64,000 nt of DNA from an uncultured Bacilli bacterium (lineage in GTDB: Bacteria > Bacillota_I > Bacilli_A > RF39 > UBA660), in NCBI GenBank assembly GCA_947632065.1, contig CANRNO010000003.1:6662-70661 (forward strand), read 5' to 3'. Shown here in pieces: positions 36,235-46,326 of this stretch (position 1 is its first letter; every line of letters starts with the position of its first letter). The notes below the pieces were generated by a model that was given only the letters and a program-made list of their open reading frames with translations, did no database searches and was not told the DNA's origin. A program made the position numbers and the translations under genes.

Positions 36235-37428
36235 TTATTTGCTTTTACCTTTTTCTTCTTGATAATTGTTTTTTATATCTTTTAATAAATGTTTATATAG
36301 GTAATCTGCTTCTTCTTGTGTCATTTCAAATAATGATTGATTATTTTTATAGTTTTCATAATCTTGTAGTAATTCTTCTAAACTTTTAGGAACAATTTTT
36401 TCATTTTCCTTTTTATATTGTAATTTCAACAGAGGATAATTTTCAAATATATCATTGTTTTTATCTAGTGAATCAAATATATTAGATACGGTATCTTCTT
36501 TTTTATTAAAGAAGCGAGATTCATTTTGAATTAATATTAATTCTGTATTAATTTTATTGTTAATTTCTTCTTTATTATTTATATCTATTCCTAGCATTTG
36601 TAGATAACTACATGTGTATAAATCTCCACAATATCTTGCTTCTGTTTCTTTAGAATACATTGTGTAGTTATCATTATAATAAGAAGGATTTTTACTTCTT
36701 ATAAAGCTCTCTTTAGATTGTAATAAAAGTAAGTAATTAGCATGTTTTCCCGAAGTAATTAAATAATTTTGATATATATGAGTACATTCATGAAAAATAG
36801 TATTTAATAATCCATAGTAATTTTTCTCATTTAAATATTTTAATATTTTATCATAGTTTAAATTTATATTATAGTATTGTGTTTGTCCTTCTGTTTTATC
36901 ATCCAATTCTTTGAAATTAACTTTAGGATTTTTTATTTTTTCTTTCATAAACATTTCTGTAAATCTTTTTATTAATACCATTTTGTTATCAATTATAGTA
37001 TCTAATTTATCTGTCAATAATTCTTTCATTAAGGCATTTATAAAAGTATTACTGTTGTTAGAGTAAATATCATTTTCTATAAAAAACAACATGTAATTAT
37101 TATCCTCATTAGTTAAAGAATTATTTTGTATTTTTGTTAGAATATTATCATGTATATTATCTAATTTATTTTTATAATTTTTCTCAGATAATATTTTAGT
37201 TACTATATCAATGTGAAGAGAATTAATTGAATATAAATTCATTAATTCTTCTTCACTAAATTTTTTTCTCATCTTTAATAAGTCCGTAAGTTTTGTTTGT
37301 AAATGTTTTTGAATATCACTTTTATTATTACAATAACAGCAAGTATTCTTATCATATGTTCCTCCACAGTTTGGACAATGATTATGTTTTTTTATTTCTT
37401 GACATAAATTTATAATTGTTTTACTCAT
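36235..37428 (-). CDS. Zn-ribbon plus HExxH (zincin-like) protein, unknown function
   Basis: N-terminal CPNCGG...CCYC zinc ribbon, FHECTHIYQ metal motif and a downstream ETEARY Glu. It starts 20 nt after the glucan-synthase stop and is probably co-transcribed with it. Confidence 0.5.
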   Translation of the reverse strand: MSKTIINLCQEIKKHNHCPNCGGTYDKNTCCYCNNKSDIQKHLQTKLTDLLKMRKKFSEEELMNLYSINSLHIDIVTKILSEKNYKNKLDNIHDNILTKIQNNSLTNEDNNYMLFFIENDIYSNNSNTFINALMKELLTDKLDTIIDNKMVLIKRFTEMFMKEKIKNPKVNFKELDDKTEGQTQYYNINLNYDKILKYLNEKNYYGLLNTIFHECTHIYQNYLITSGKHANYLLLLQSKESFIRSKNPSYYNDNYTMYSKETEARYCGDLYTCSYLQMLGIDINNKEEINNKINTELILIQNESRFFNKKEDTVSNIFDSLDKNNDIFENYPLLKLQYKKENEKIVPKSLEELLQDYENYKNNQSLFEMTQEEADYLYKHLLKDIKNNYQEEKGKSK

Positions 37429-37448
37429 ATTTTCCTTCCTTTAACTTT

Positions 37449-40400
37449 TTATGAATTTCTTTTTATGCAAATATCTATTTTATGAACTTTTTTATCATTG
37501 ATAAGTGGAATTAAATCATTATTTAAGATATGTCTATCTAAAGTTATTTTTTCTTTATTACCTACTGTTACATCAATCATATATAAAGTATCCATATAAG
37601 TATATTGTATTGAGAACTTATTCCAAGATGATGGTATATGAGGTTTTATTCTAAGCATTTCTCCTGTTTTTTGGAAACCTAATATATCTTTTATACCAAT
37701 ACGATAGAACCATGCAGCTGAACCTGTATACCAAGTCCATCCTCCACGTGATGGAAAGTCTTTTGATGAATAAATATCAGCGGCAATTACATAAGGTTCT
37801 ACTTTATATCTTAATATATCTGTTTTAGTTTTACTTCTTTCTATTGGATTAATCATTTGGAAAATGGAATATGCTAAATCGTATTTTCCTGTTTTGATAA
37901 GAGCCATTATATACCAAGATACTGAATGAGTATATTGTCCTCCATTTTCACGTATTCCTTTAGGATAGTTTTTGATATATCCTGGATTATTTAATGATTT
38001 ATCAAATGGTGGTGTTAAAAGTTTTACTATTTTTAAATCTTTATCTACTAAATATTTATCTACAGCATTTAAAACTTTTTCTTGTTTTTCTTTTGGGACA
38101 ACTTCACTTAATATAGAAAAACTTTGTGAAATTAAATCTATTTTACATTCTTCATTTAGTTTACTTCCAAGTTTATCTCCATTATCGAAATATGCTCTTA
38201 AATAATATTCTTTATCCCATCCGTTTTTATTAAGGCTCTCTTTTAATTTTTTATTAAATTCTAAATACTCTTTAGTTTTAAATCTTGGTTTGTATTCTTT
38301 TATCATTTTAGTAAAACGATTAATAATATCATATAAGAAGAATCCTAACCAAACACTTTCTCCCTTTCCTTTAATACCTACTTTATTCATTCCATCATTC
38401 CAGTCTCCTCCACCCATTAAAGGAAGACCATTGCGACCTATATTATCAATAGCAAGATCGATTGACTTTTGTAAATGAGTAAGTAGTGTATCTTTTTCTT
38501 CACTATAAGTGAAAGTAACTCCTTTTTCTTGTTCGTGTGGACGAAGAGTTTCTGCGACTGCATATGGTACTTTTTCATCTAATATAGAATTATCTCTTGT
38601 TACATCTATATATTCAATTGTTGCATATACTAACCAAAGATAATCATCTTTATAACGACTACGAAGTCCAAATGTATTATGTTCGTGCCACCAATGAAGA
38701 ACATCTCCTTCTTTGAATTGATGGGATGCATTTATTAGAATTTGTTTTCTTGTAAAGTCTGGTTTTATTGTAACAATATTCATTGAATCTTGTAATTGAT
38801 CACGATATCCATAAGCACCACTTACTTGGTAAAATCCTGATCGTGCTAAAATTCTTGCGGATAATGCTTGATATAAATACCAACCATTCATCATATAATT
38901 GAAACTAATATCAGGAGTTTTTACTACTATTGTACCTAAGTCTTTTTTCCATTTATTTTTAACTGATTTTAATTCTTTTGTTGCAGTATTTATATCTTGA
39001 TATTTATGAAGTAAATCTAAATTTTCTTTATCACTTCTACCACTACCTAAACTAAATACAATAGTTTTTTCTTCTTCTTTATTTAAAGTAATATTATTAG
39101 TAATAGATTTTATTAAAACTTGATTATCAACAACTGATGTTATTTTTTCACTTGATGTCATAAATACTGATACATCATTAAAATTAGCATGATAAACATT
39201 TCTCATTTTTAAGTAATTATCTTTGCCCATAAACTCAGTTAAGATATATCTAGTAGTTTTTTCTTCTAACACTCCAAATGTTGGATTTATAAAGAATTCT
39301 AACTGTACTGATTGTTTTATCTTTTTCTTGTTTTTTAATTTTAAAATATATAATTTTACAGTATCATCTAAGGCAACAAATTCAGTTAAGCTTTTATCTA
39401 AATCATCATTAGTAGATTCTAAAATACTATATCCAAATCCATGAATACATCTAGTTGGATTAAATATTTTTCCATTTATTCTTATTCCTTCACTTCTATC
39501 ATTTACAACCATTTCATTAGACCAAGAAGTTATTTTAAACTCTCCACTATTATATCCATAAGTAAATCCACAGCCATTGTTAGTAATTATAGTACCAAAA
39601 TTTTTATTTGCGATTACATTACTCCATGGAGTTGGAGTTTGTGGATTTGTGATAACGTATTCACTACCTTTGCTTCTAAAGCCTCCAAATTCATTATTAC
39701 ATGTAAGTTTTATATTATCTTCAAATTCATTATTATCTTCTAGAAGTATTTCTTCTTTGGTACTAACTTTATTTTTCATACTCATTTCTTCTACTTTTTC
39801 TTGTAGTGTTTTATGATCACTTACATCAAAAGTTAGTCTTGGAACCATTTCTAGAAGTATTTTTTCTTCTTCTGTTAAATCTTCTTCACTTATAAGATTT
39901 ACTGAACCTGGTGTATGATAGAAACTATTCAATGTATAAATTCTATAAAGTTCATCATCTACTTCTTTTTTAATTATTTTAGCATATTGTTTATTTTCAG
40001 CATTTATAATAATTATATCTACAAATATTGAATTGTTTTTATAATATTCAAAACATTTTAAAATATCCATTATAAATGAAATATCACTTATATCAGGAAC
40101 TTTTACTAGGATAATTGGTCTATCTCCAGATATTCCAAACTTCCAAAGTGCAGTTTGAGATAAAGCATTTTTTCTTAAAATTTCTTTTCTTTCTTCATTA
40201 ACATTATATTTTGTTGTTTGATATAAGTAGTTTAACATCATATTATAAACTCTCATATCTTCACCTGTTAATCTCATATTTTTAGTATTTATAATATTTG
40301 ATACAGATGATATTTCAAACGCTTTATCAATAGTTCTTTTATTATGATATGTATTAATTATTTCATCTAATTGTTCCATACTTCTTCCAAATCCGTTAAT

Positions 40401-43400
40401 AAAGTATACTACTTCACTACTGTTTGGAAGTACTTCTATTGTATTTCTTAGTGACATTATTGGTTCGATATTATCTCCTACATGGTTGGTTAATTCTTCG
40501 TGAAGAGCTTTTGGATTTGCGGCAGTATTACCTCTTCCAATAAAGTTAAATCTATCTGTCTCATAAGTGTAGACACTTTTTGGATTTTCTATTAATAGTC
40601 TTTCTACTATATAACTACTAATATTACTATCACGTGAAGTTCTTCTCATTATTAAAGTATTATTATCCCTATTGTAAGTTGAATGTAGGAACATGTTGTT
40701 GAATACTTTATGAGATATATCATCTAAGTTTTCACAGATTATTGGTTCTGTATAAGTTGTAAGTTCTAAATGTTTTGTTTCTTCACTTTCATTTTTAAAT
40801 GTTATCTTTCTAATTTCTGCATGATGATTATGAGTAACTATTATTTCTGTTGTAGTTATAATACCATTATCTTTTCTTATATATTTTATCTTATCACTTG
40901 CGAATATTACTTCATATTTTTCTGGTTTAATGTTTATTGGTGCATAAGTATTAGACCAAACATAATCAGTATCTATATCTTTTATGTATAAAAACATTCC
41001 ATAATCTTGTTCTGATATTTTTCTATATCTATTTAGTTGTTGAGTTCTATATCTTGAAAAACCAGTACCTCTATCATTTATAAGTAGGCAATATTTTTTA
41101 TTAGAGATACTTGCGAACTCTGGTGTTTCTGATATATAGTTAAATACTCTAATATCATTTTCAATACGTTCTTTATCATAATTATATTTTTTATATTTAG
41201 CCATTTTCATATCTATATTAGTTTTTACTTGAACTTTTTCTTTTAATAATAGTTCGAATGTTTTTACTGAAATATCTCTATGAAAATATCCTTTTATTTT
41301 TCCTTCTGTTAGATAGTTTGCAAACGATAAAAGACACATTCCTTGATGATGAGCAAAGTATGCTTTTACTATTCCTTTATTATCATAGTCATATGATTCA
41401 TAAAAACCATATTTATCATACATATTAAGTTTTCTAAATTTCTTTATATTGTGATAAACATCTTTTGGGAATAATTCAAGTGCCATAATTGATGAATATG
41501 GAGATATAACAATTCTGGCATCACTTTCTTCTTTAGCTTTTAAGTATGGAGTTGAGAAGCTTTTATATTTGTAGTTTAAGGCATTATCAAGTTCATTATA
41601 TGCACTTTCACTAATTCCCCAAGGAAGTTTTTTTGAAACACTTTCCATATAATCTACTTGGCACATATGGGCAAAATGATATGTCTCATCTAATAGGGTG
41701 TTTTTATAATTTTTCATAAATAGAAATGGCATAAAATATTCAAATGATGTTCCAGACCAAGAGATAAGTCCTTTTCTATTTTTATAAGTTGTAAGTGATT
41801 TATCAAGTGAAAGCCAATGTTTACTTGGTACATCTCCTTTACATATCGCAACAAAACTAGTTAGACGAGATTCACTTGCGAATTTATTGTAATTATAAAT
41901 TGATAAATGTCCTTCTGCTTCATCGTATCCAATTGAAAATACATTTTTCTTTGTATATAGTTTTTTAAAATTAGTATTTTTAATCATAGTCTCTACTTTT
42001 TTTCTTAATTTAAAGTGAACTCCAATATCATCTACTTTTTCTAAAAAGTTTTTAACTATTATTAAGCATGCTACAAAGTTTCCTGAATCTATTGTTGATA
42101 TAAATCTTGGATTCATAGCTTTTTTGGTTTTTATGTCATACCAGTTATATAAATGTCCATGCCATTTTTCTAAATGAGAGACTGTTTTTATAACATTTTT
42201 AATCAATTCTATTGCTTCATCTAAACTAATAAAGTCTAATTCGTATGCTGAGATAATACTAGTAAGTGAATAACCTATATTAGTAGGAGAAGTTCTTAAA
42301 TCTAATTTCTCTTCTCTATTTTCTTGGAAATTATCTGGCATTAAATATCCATATTCTTCTTTCATAGAATCTTTAAAAAACATCCAAGTCCTGTAGGCCA
42401 TTTTCTTTATGTTATCATTGTCTGTATCACTAAGTGGTGTTAAATCTTCTTTTATATCTTTACTTACGTTATATAAAACAAATGGACTTGATACAAAGAT
42501 AATTCCTACTAGTAGTGGTATAACACTAATGTAGTATGCTCCATATCCTATTAAGATTAATCCTAATAATATATTAAATATAAAATCTTTTATATAACTT
42601 GTTATATCTGTTTTAGCATTTCTTTCTGCCTCTTCCATAGAAAGCCAATTAAGAAGATTTTTATGACTTATAAACATTCTATAAATACTACGACAAAAAG
42701 CATCTAAGTATAATTTTGCATAATATGGAATAGTTGAAAATACTATATAAGTTCTAAGAAATAGTGCTTTTCCTCCAAACATTAAATTTTTATAATATAG
42801 TGTTAAGAAATTAGTTTTCTTTTTATATAGTTTTTCTCTTAGGAAGAATAATACTCCTAATGCTATATCAAATAAGACAAATAATAAGTAAACATATGGA
42901 GGCATTTTTCCTATAAAAAATCCTAGTAATAATATTAATAATAAAGCAGGCATTAAAAACATACGAGCTATATTATCAAATATTTTATATCTACCTAATA
43001 AGTTTATAGGATTCTTTTCATTTTTATTTTTATGATTTTTAACATTAAAATTTAGCCAACTTAATATTTGGACATCTCCTCTAGCCCAACGATGTTGACG
43101 TGTTACATCTGTTAAAAATTTAGGTGGAAAACCATCAATTAATTCTATATCTGAGGCATAACCACATCTTAAATAATTACCTTCTAATAAATCATGACTT
43201 AATATTAAATTATCTGGAAAACGATTATATAAAACTTCATCAAATGTTTTTAGATCATATATTCCTTTTCCAATAAAACTTCCTTCATTAAAAGAGTCTT
43301 GATAAACATGAGGTATTATTGCAGTATAAGTATCAAATCCTCCAATACCTGCGAATACTTGAGCATAAACTGATGAGTTAGTGGATTCTATATCAACACT

Positions 43401-45125
43401 TACTCTAGGTTGTAGTAATCCATATCCATACTCTACTTTATTTTTTTCTTTATTTAACACTGGTCTATTTAATGGATGATCCATAGCACCTACTAGTAGA
43501 AGTGCAGTATTTAATACTAATTCAGTATCTGTATCTAGAGTTATAACATATTTTATTTCTTGTTTTATTTTATCAATTGTTTGAGCATAGAAGAATTTTT
43601 CTTTGTCTTTATCAGTCATCTTTCCAAGAAGTAAATGACTAAAATGAAGGAGTGCTCCACGTTTTCTTTCCCATCCTAAATATGTATCTTCACTTTTTGA
43701 AAAGAATCTTTTTCTATAAGCAAAATGAAATATTTCTTTTCCGTATTTCTCATTTAATTCATGTGAATATTTTAATCCTGCTTCTTTTATTTCTTCATCT
43801 ATATCTACATATTTTTTTGATTTACTAGTAGCATCTGCAAGAAGTGAAAAGTAAATATTATTGCTTTTATTAACTAAGTAATATGTTTCAAGTTTTGAAA
43901 ACATTTCTTTAACTTTTGTTGCATCTCCTACTAATGTAGTTATAACAACCATAGTAGCTGCATCTTCAGGAAGTCCTTTTGAATAATCCATTTTACATAG
44001 AGGTTTTGGTTCAACAAAAGTTGTTAGTAAATGGTTTATTATTTGAATTATTAATTGGCTTACTGGAATTATTAATATTATAAATCCTAATATTTTATTT
44101 TCTATAAAGTAATTTGTAAAGAATAATGTAATTAAAATAGAAGATATTAAAATAGTTAATATGTATATACTTACTCTAAAGGTATTTTTTTTAGGTTTAA
44201 ATAAAAGTGTTCCAATATGGTAATTATCACTATTTGAAGTTCTAAACAAATCTTCTATATAATCTATTTCATTTATGTGTTTATGTCTTGCATCTTTAAT
44301 TATTTTTTTACGGTATAAACTTCTTGTTTCTGGTGTCATTTTAGTATATATTTTATCTCCAAGTAATTTTTTCTCACAGTTATTAGCACCTTTTAATAAT
44401 TCTTCTATTGAATAGTTTTCATAAAAATCTTTTAAATTATTAAATATATTAGAAATGATTATATTAGAATCTATTCTTCTTTGATATTCATCGTTTAATA
44501 TTTCTCTAATACTAATATTTTGTTTTTGTAATAGAATATTTAACTCTCTAAAAGCTTGATTACTTTTAGCACCAAATTCTTTTAATTGATTATTAATTTC
44601 AAATATATAATTAGTACGATTATTAATGCTATTATTAATGTCTAGAAAGTCTTTAATATTTATTTTTTCATCTTTGTCTATTCCTTCAAGCAACTTTTCT
44701 ACTTTCTTTTTATCTTGTAATCTTTGATATTCTAATTTGTATACTTTATTTAATTTTTCTGTATATATAAACAAAAGGACTAAAGGTATTACATCAAATT
44801 CATTATAACTTAAATAAGTCTTAGTTTCTTTTTGATACTTATTTAATTCTTTTACTAAATTGGAAATATTTATATTGTAATTATATCTACTAACTATATC
44901 ATGAATTAAATAGTAAACGTTTTCATTTTTATATAATCTTTTACTATTTTCTTTTTTTTCAAGAATGATTATATTTTTATGTTCAACAATTAAATAATAA
45001 TTATCTATTAACCATTCATTTGCGATACCGACATATTCATGATTTTTTGTTAAATCAACAAGATAATTATAGTATTCTGTAATCTCATCAAAATTTTCCA
45101 TAAATCTTTTTATAAATTTGTCCAT
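37449..45125 (-). CDS. Cyclic beta-1,2-glucan synthase-like giant protein (membrane GT84-like glycosyltransferase plus GH94 phosphorylase-like domains)
   Basis: ATG at 45125 follows an AAAGGTGA RBS. TM helices, WERKRGALL, ITLDTDTEL (DxD), QHRWARGD (QxxRW), more TM helices, and a C-terminal GGGDWNDGMN motif of the GH94 type. Confidence 0.8.
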   Translation of the reverse strand: MDKFIKRFMENFDEITEYYNYLVDLTKNHEYVGIANEWLIDNYYLIVEHKNIIILEKKENSKRLYKNENVYYLIHDIVSRYNYNINISNLVKELNKYQKETKTYLSYNEFDVIPLVLLFIYTEKLNKVYKLEYQRLQDKKKVEKLLEGIDKDEKINIKDFLDINNSINNRTNYIFEINNQLKEFGAKSNQAFRELNILLQKQNISIREILNDEYQRRIDSNIIISNIFNNLKDFYENYSIEELLKGANNCEKKLLGDKIYTKMTPETRSLYRKKIIKDARHKHINEIDYIEDLFRTSNSDNYHIGTLLFKPKKNTFRVSIYILTILISSILITLFFTNYFIENKILGFIILIIPVSQLIIQIINHLLTTFVEPKPLCKMDYSKGLPEDAATMVVITTLVGDATKVKEMFSKLETYYLVNKSNNIYFSLLADATSKSKKYVDIDEEIKEAGLKYSHELNEKYGKEIFHFAYRKRFFSKSEDTYLGWERKRGALLHFSHLLLGKMTDKDKEKFFYAQTIDKIKQEIKYVITLDTDTELVLNTALLLVGAMDHPLNRPVLNKEKNKVEYGYGLLQPRVSVDIESTNSSVYAQVFAGIGGFDTYTAIIPHVYQDSFNEGSFIGKGIYDLKTFDEVLYNRFPDNLILSHDLLEGNYLRCGYASDIELIDGFPPKFLTDVTRQHRWARGDVQILSWLNFNVKNHKNKNEKNPINLLGRYKIFDNIARMFLMPALLLILLLGFFIGKMPPYVYLLFVLFDIALGVLFFLREKLYKKKTNFLTLYYKNLMFGGKALFLRTYIVFSTIPYYAKLYLDAFCRSIYRMFISHKNLLNWLSMEEAERNAKTDITSYIKDFIFNILLGLILIGYGAYYISVIPLLVGIIFVSSPFVLYNVSKDIKEDLTPLSDTDNDNIKKMAYRTWMFFKDSMKEEYGYLMPDNFQENREEKLDLRTSPTNIGYSLTSIISAYELDFISLDEAIELIKNVIKTVSHLEKWHGHLYNWYDIKTKKAMNPRFISTIDSGNFVACLIIVKNFLEKVDDIGVHFKLRKKVETMIKNTNFKKLYTKKNVFSIGYDEAEGHLSIYNYNKFASESRLTSFVAICKGDVPSKHWLSLDKSLTTYKNRKGLISWSGTSFEYFMPFLFMKNYKNTLLDETYHFAHMCQVDYMESVSKKLPWGISESAYNELDNALNYKYKSFSTPYLKAKEESDARIVISPYSSIMALELFPKDVYHNIKKFRKLNMYDKYGFYESYDYDNKGIVKAYFAHHQGMCLLSFANYLTEGKIKGYFHRDISVKTFELLLKEKVQVKTNIDMKMAKYKKYNYDKERIENDIRVFNYISETPEFASISNKKYCLLINDRGTGFSRYRTQQLNRYRKISEQDYGMFLYIKDIDTDYVWSNTYAPINIKPEKYEVIFASDKIKYIRKDNGIITTTEIIVTHNHHAEIRKITFKNESEETKHLELTTYTEPIICENLDDISHKVFNNMFLHSTYNRDNNTLIMRRTSRDSNISSYIVERLLIENPKSVYTYETDRFNFIGRGNTAANPKALHEELTNHVGDNIEPIMSLRNTIEVLPNSSEVVYFINGFGRSMEQLDEIINTYHNKRTIDKAFEISSVSNIINTKNMRLTGEDMRVYNMMLNYLYQTTKYNVNEERKEILRKNALSQTALWKFGISGDRPIILVKVPDISDISFIMDILKCFEYYKNNSIFVDIIIINAENKQYAKIIKKEVDDELYRIYTLNSFYHTPGSVNLISEEDLTEEEKILLEMVPRLTFDVSDHKTLQEKVEEMSMKNKVSTKEEILLEDNNEFEDNIKLTCNNEFGGFRSKGSEYVITNPQTPTPWSNVIANKNFGTIITNNGCGFTYGYNSGEFKITSWSNEMVVNDRSEGIRINGKIFNPTRCIHGFGYSILESTNDDLDKSLTEFVALDDTVKLYILKLKNKKKIKQSVQLEFFINPTFGVLEEKTTRYILTEFMGKDNYLKMRNVYHANFNDVSVFMTSSEKITSVVDNQVLIKSITNNITLNKEEEKTIVFSLGSGRSDKENLDLLHKYQDINTATKELKSVKNKWKKDLGTIVVKTPDISFNYMMNGWYLYQALSARILARSGFYQVSGAYGYRDQLQDSMNIVTIKPDFTRKQILINASHQFKEGDVLHWWHEHNTFGLRSRYKDDYLWLVYATIEYIDVTRDNSILDEKVPYAVAETLRPHEQEKGVTFTYSEEKDTLLTHLQKSIDLAIDNIGRNGLPLMGGGDWNDGMNKVGIKGKGESVWLGFFLYDIINRFTKMIKEYKPRFKTKEYLEFNKKLKESLNKNGWDKEYYLRAYFDNGDKLGSKLNEECKIDLISQSFSILSEVVPKEKQEKVLNAVDKYLVDKDLKIVKLLTPPFDKSLNNPGYIKNYPKGIRENGGQYTHSVSWYIMALIKTGKYDLAYSIFQMINPIERSKTKTDILRYKVEPYVIAADIYSSKDFPSRGGWTWYTGSAAWFYRIGIKDILGFQKTGEMLRIKPHIPSSWNKFSIQYTYMDTLYMIDVTVGNKEKITLDRHILNNDLIPLINDKKVHKIDICIKRNS

Positions 45126-45271
45126 CTGTATCACCTTTTACAATATAGGAATATATTGTTCCTTCCATTTTTATTATAACACGAAAATCATATTTTTAAA
45201 TGTAAAAAAGATGCATTCCTTGTTCTTAAGTATGTCATCTTTTTATTTCTTAATATTTAATATTAAATTTT

Positions 45272-46150
45272 TTATTTGAAAGATTCAATTTGTTGATTAG
45301 ATAATCCTGTTGCGATATGTATATCTTTTATAGAAAAATTATTCTTTAACATATTTCTTGCAATATTGGATTTTTCTTCTTCCATAGCATCTAGTCTCTC
45401 ATCTCTTCTAAAATGTCTTTCTATCTCTTCATGTTCTTCTATTGATATTATCCCATCTTCTAATATACTATCCATATCTTTTCTGTACTCTTCCATTATT
45501 TTATTACCTCCTATTATCTCTTTTAATCTTTCACTTTCTTCTTCATTCATTACAAGCATAAATCTTTCTAGTAATGTAAGTTTACTATTAGTATACATCT
45601 TTTTCCTTATATTTGGAAGACTTATATGATATATTTCACATATATCTGTTAAAAAATGAAACTTCTCTTTTTCTATATTTGATAATCTATATTTTATTAT
45701 GGAGTCCTTTATCCCTTTAAATCTAAAGTTATCTATATTTATTAGTCTTACCTTCTTATACTTATATCCTTCTCCTTTCTTTCTTAAGTTTGTAAATATT
45801 TTAAATAAATATTCTATATTTCTAATTAAAGTATTTACATTTCCATATCTATTCATTTCTACTAGAACAATATATTCATCTATTAAACATATACAATCTA
45901 CTGTTTTTGTTGTCTCTTTTATTTTACTTTTATCTAGTTTATTATTTAATAGTTTCATATTTTGAGCTACATAATCATAATCCAAATGTAATACTTCTGA
46001 TATTATTAGTGACAAGTATTTTTTCCTTTCTTCATTATTTATCATTATATGAAATACATCATCTACTACTGTTGGTATAAACTTATCTCCTTTTTGATAT
46101 GTATAATAATCTTTATCATTTTTTACTATTGGTCTTTTATATAAGAACAT
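45272..46150 (-). CDS. Rpn-family PD-(D/E)XK nuclease / putative transposase (YhgA-like)
   Basis: ATG at 46150 follows GAAAGGAGAG. The PD-(D/E)XK-like core is TVDCICLIDEYIVLVEMNR. The overall layout is typical of 'recombination-promoting nuclease' family proteins. Confidence 0.6.
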   Translation of the reverse strand: MFLYKRPIVKNDKDYYTYQKGDKFIPTVVDDVFHIMINNEERKKYLSLIISEVLHLDYDYVAQNMKLLNNKLDKSKIKETTKTVDCICLIDEYIVLVEMNRYGNVNTLIRNIEYLFKIFTNLRKKGEGYKYKKVRLINIDNFRFKGIKDSIIKYRLSNIEKEKFHFLTDICEIYHISLPNIRKKMYTNSKLTLLERFMLVMNEEESERLKEIIGGNKIMEEYRKDMDSILEDGIISIEEHEEIERHFRRDERLDAMEEEKSNIARNMLKNNFSIKDIHIATGLSNQQIESFK

Positions 46151-46326
46151 AACATCTCTCCTTTCTACAAGCACTATACACCATTATTTTTTACTTGTAA
46201 AATGACGCTTTTAACTAATTAATACAATATAAAAAGTAGAAATAATAAATTCATTATATGAAAATATTATTTCTACTTAATTTTTTATATTCAAAAAACA
46301 AAGTTATAAGTTTTTTTATTTTTTTA

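Noticed and set aside
45135-46326. An IS element or transposon around the Rpn-like nuclease gene
   Set aside because: I could find no terminal inverted repeats or target-site duplications by eye. The flanking hairpins look like ordinary terminators.
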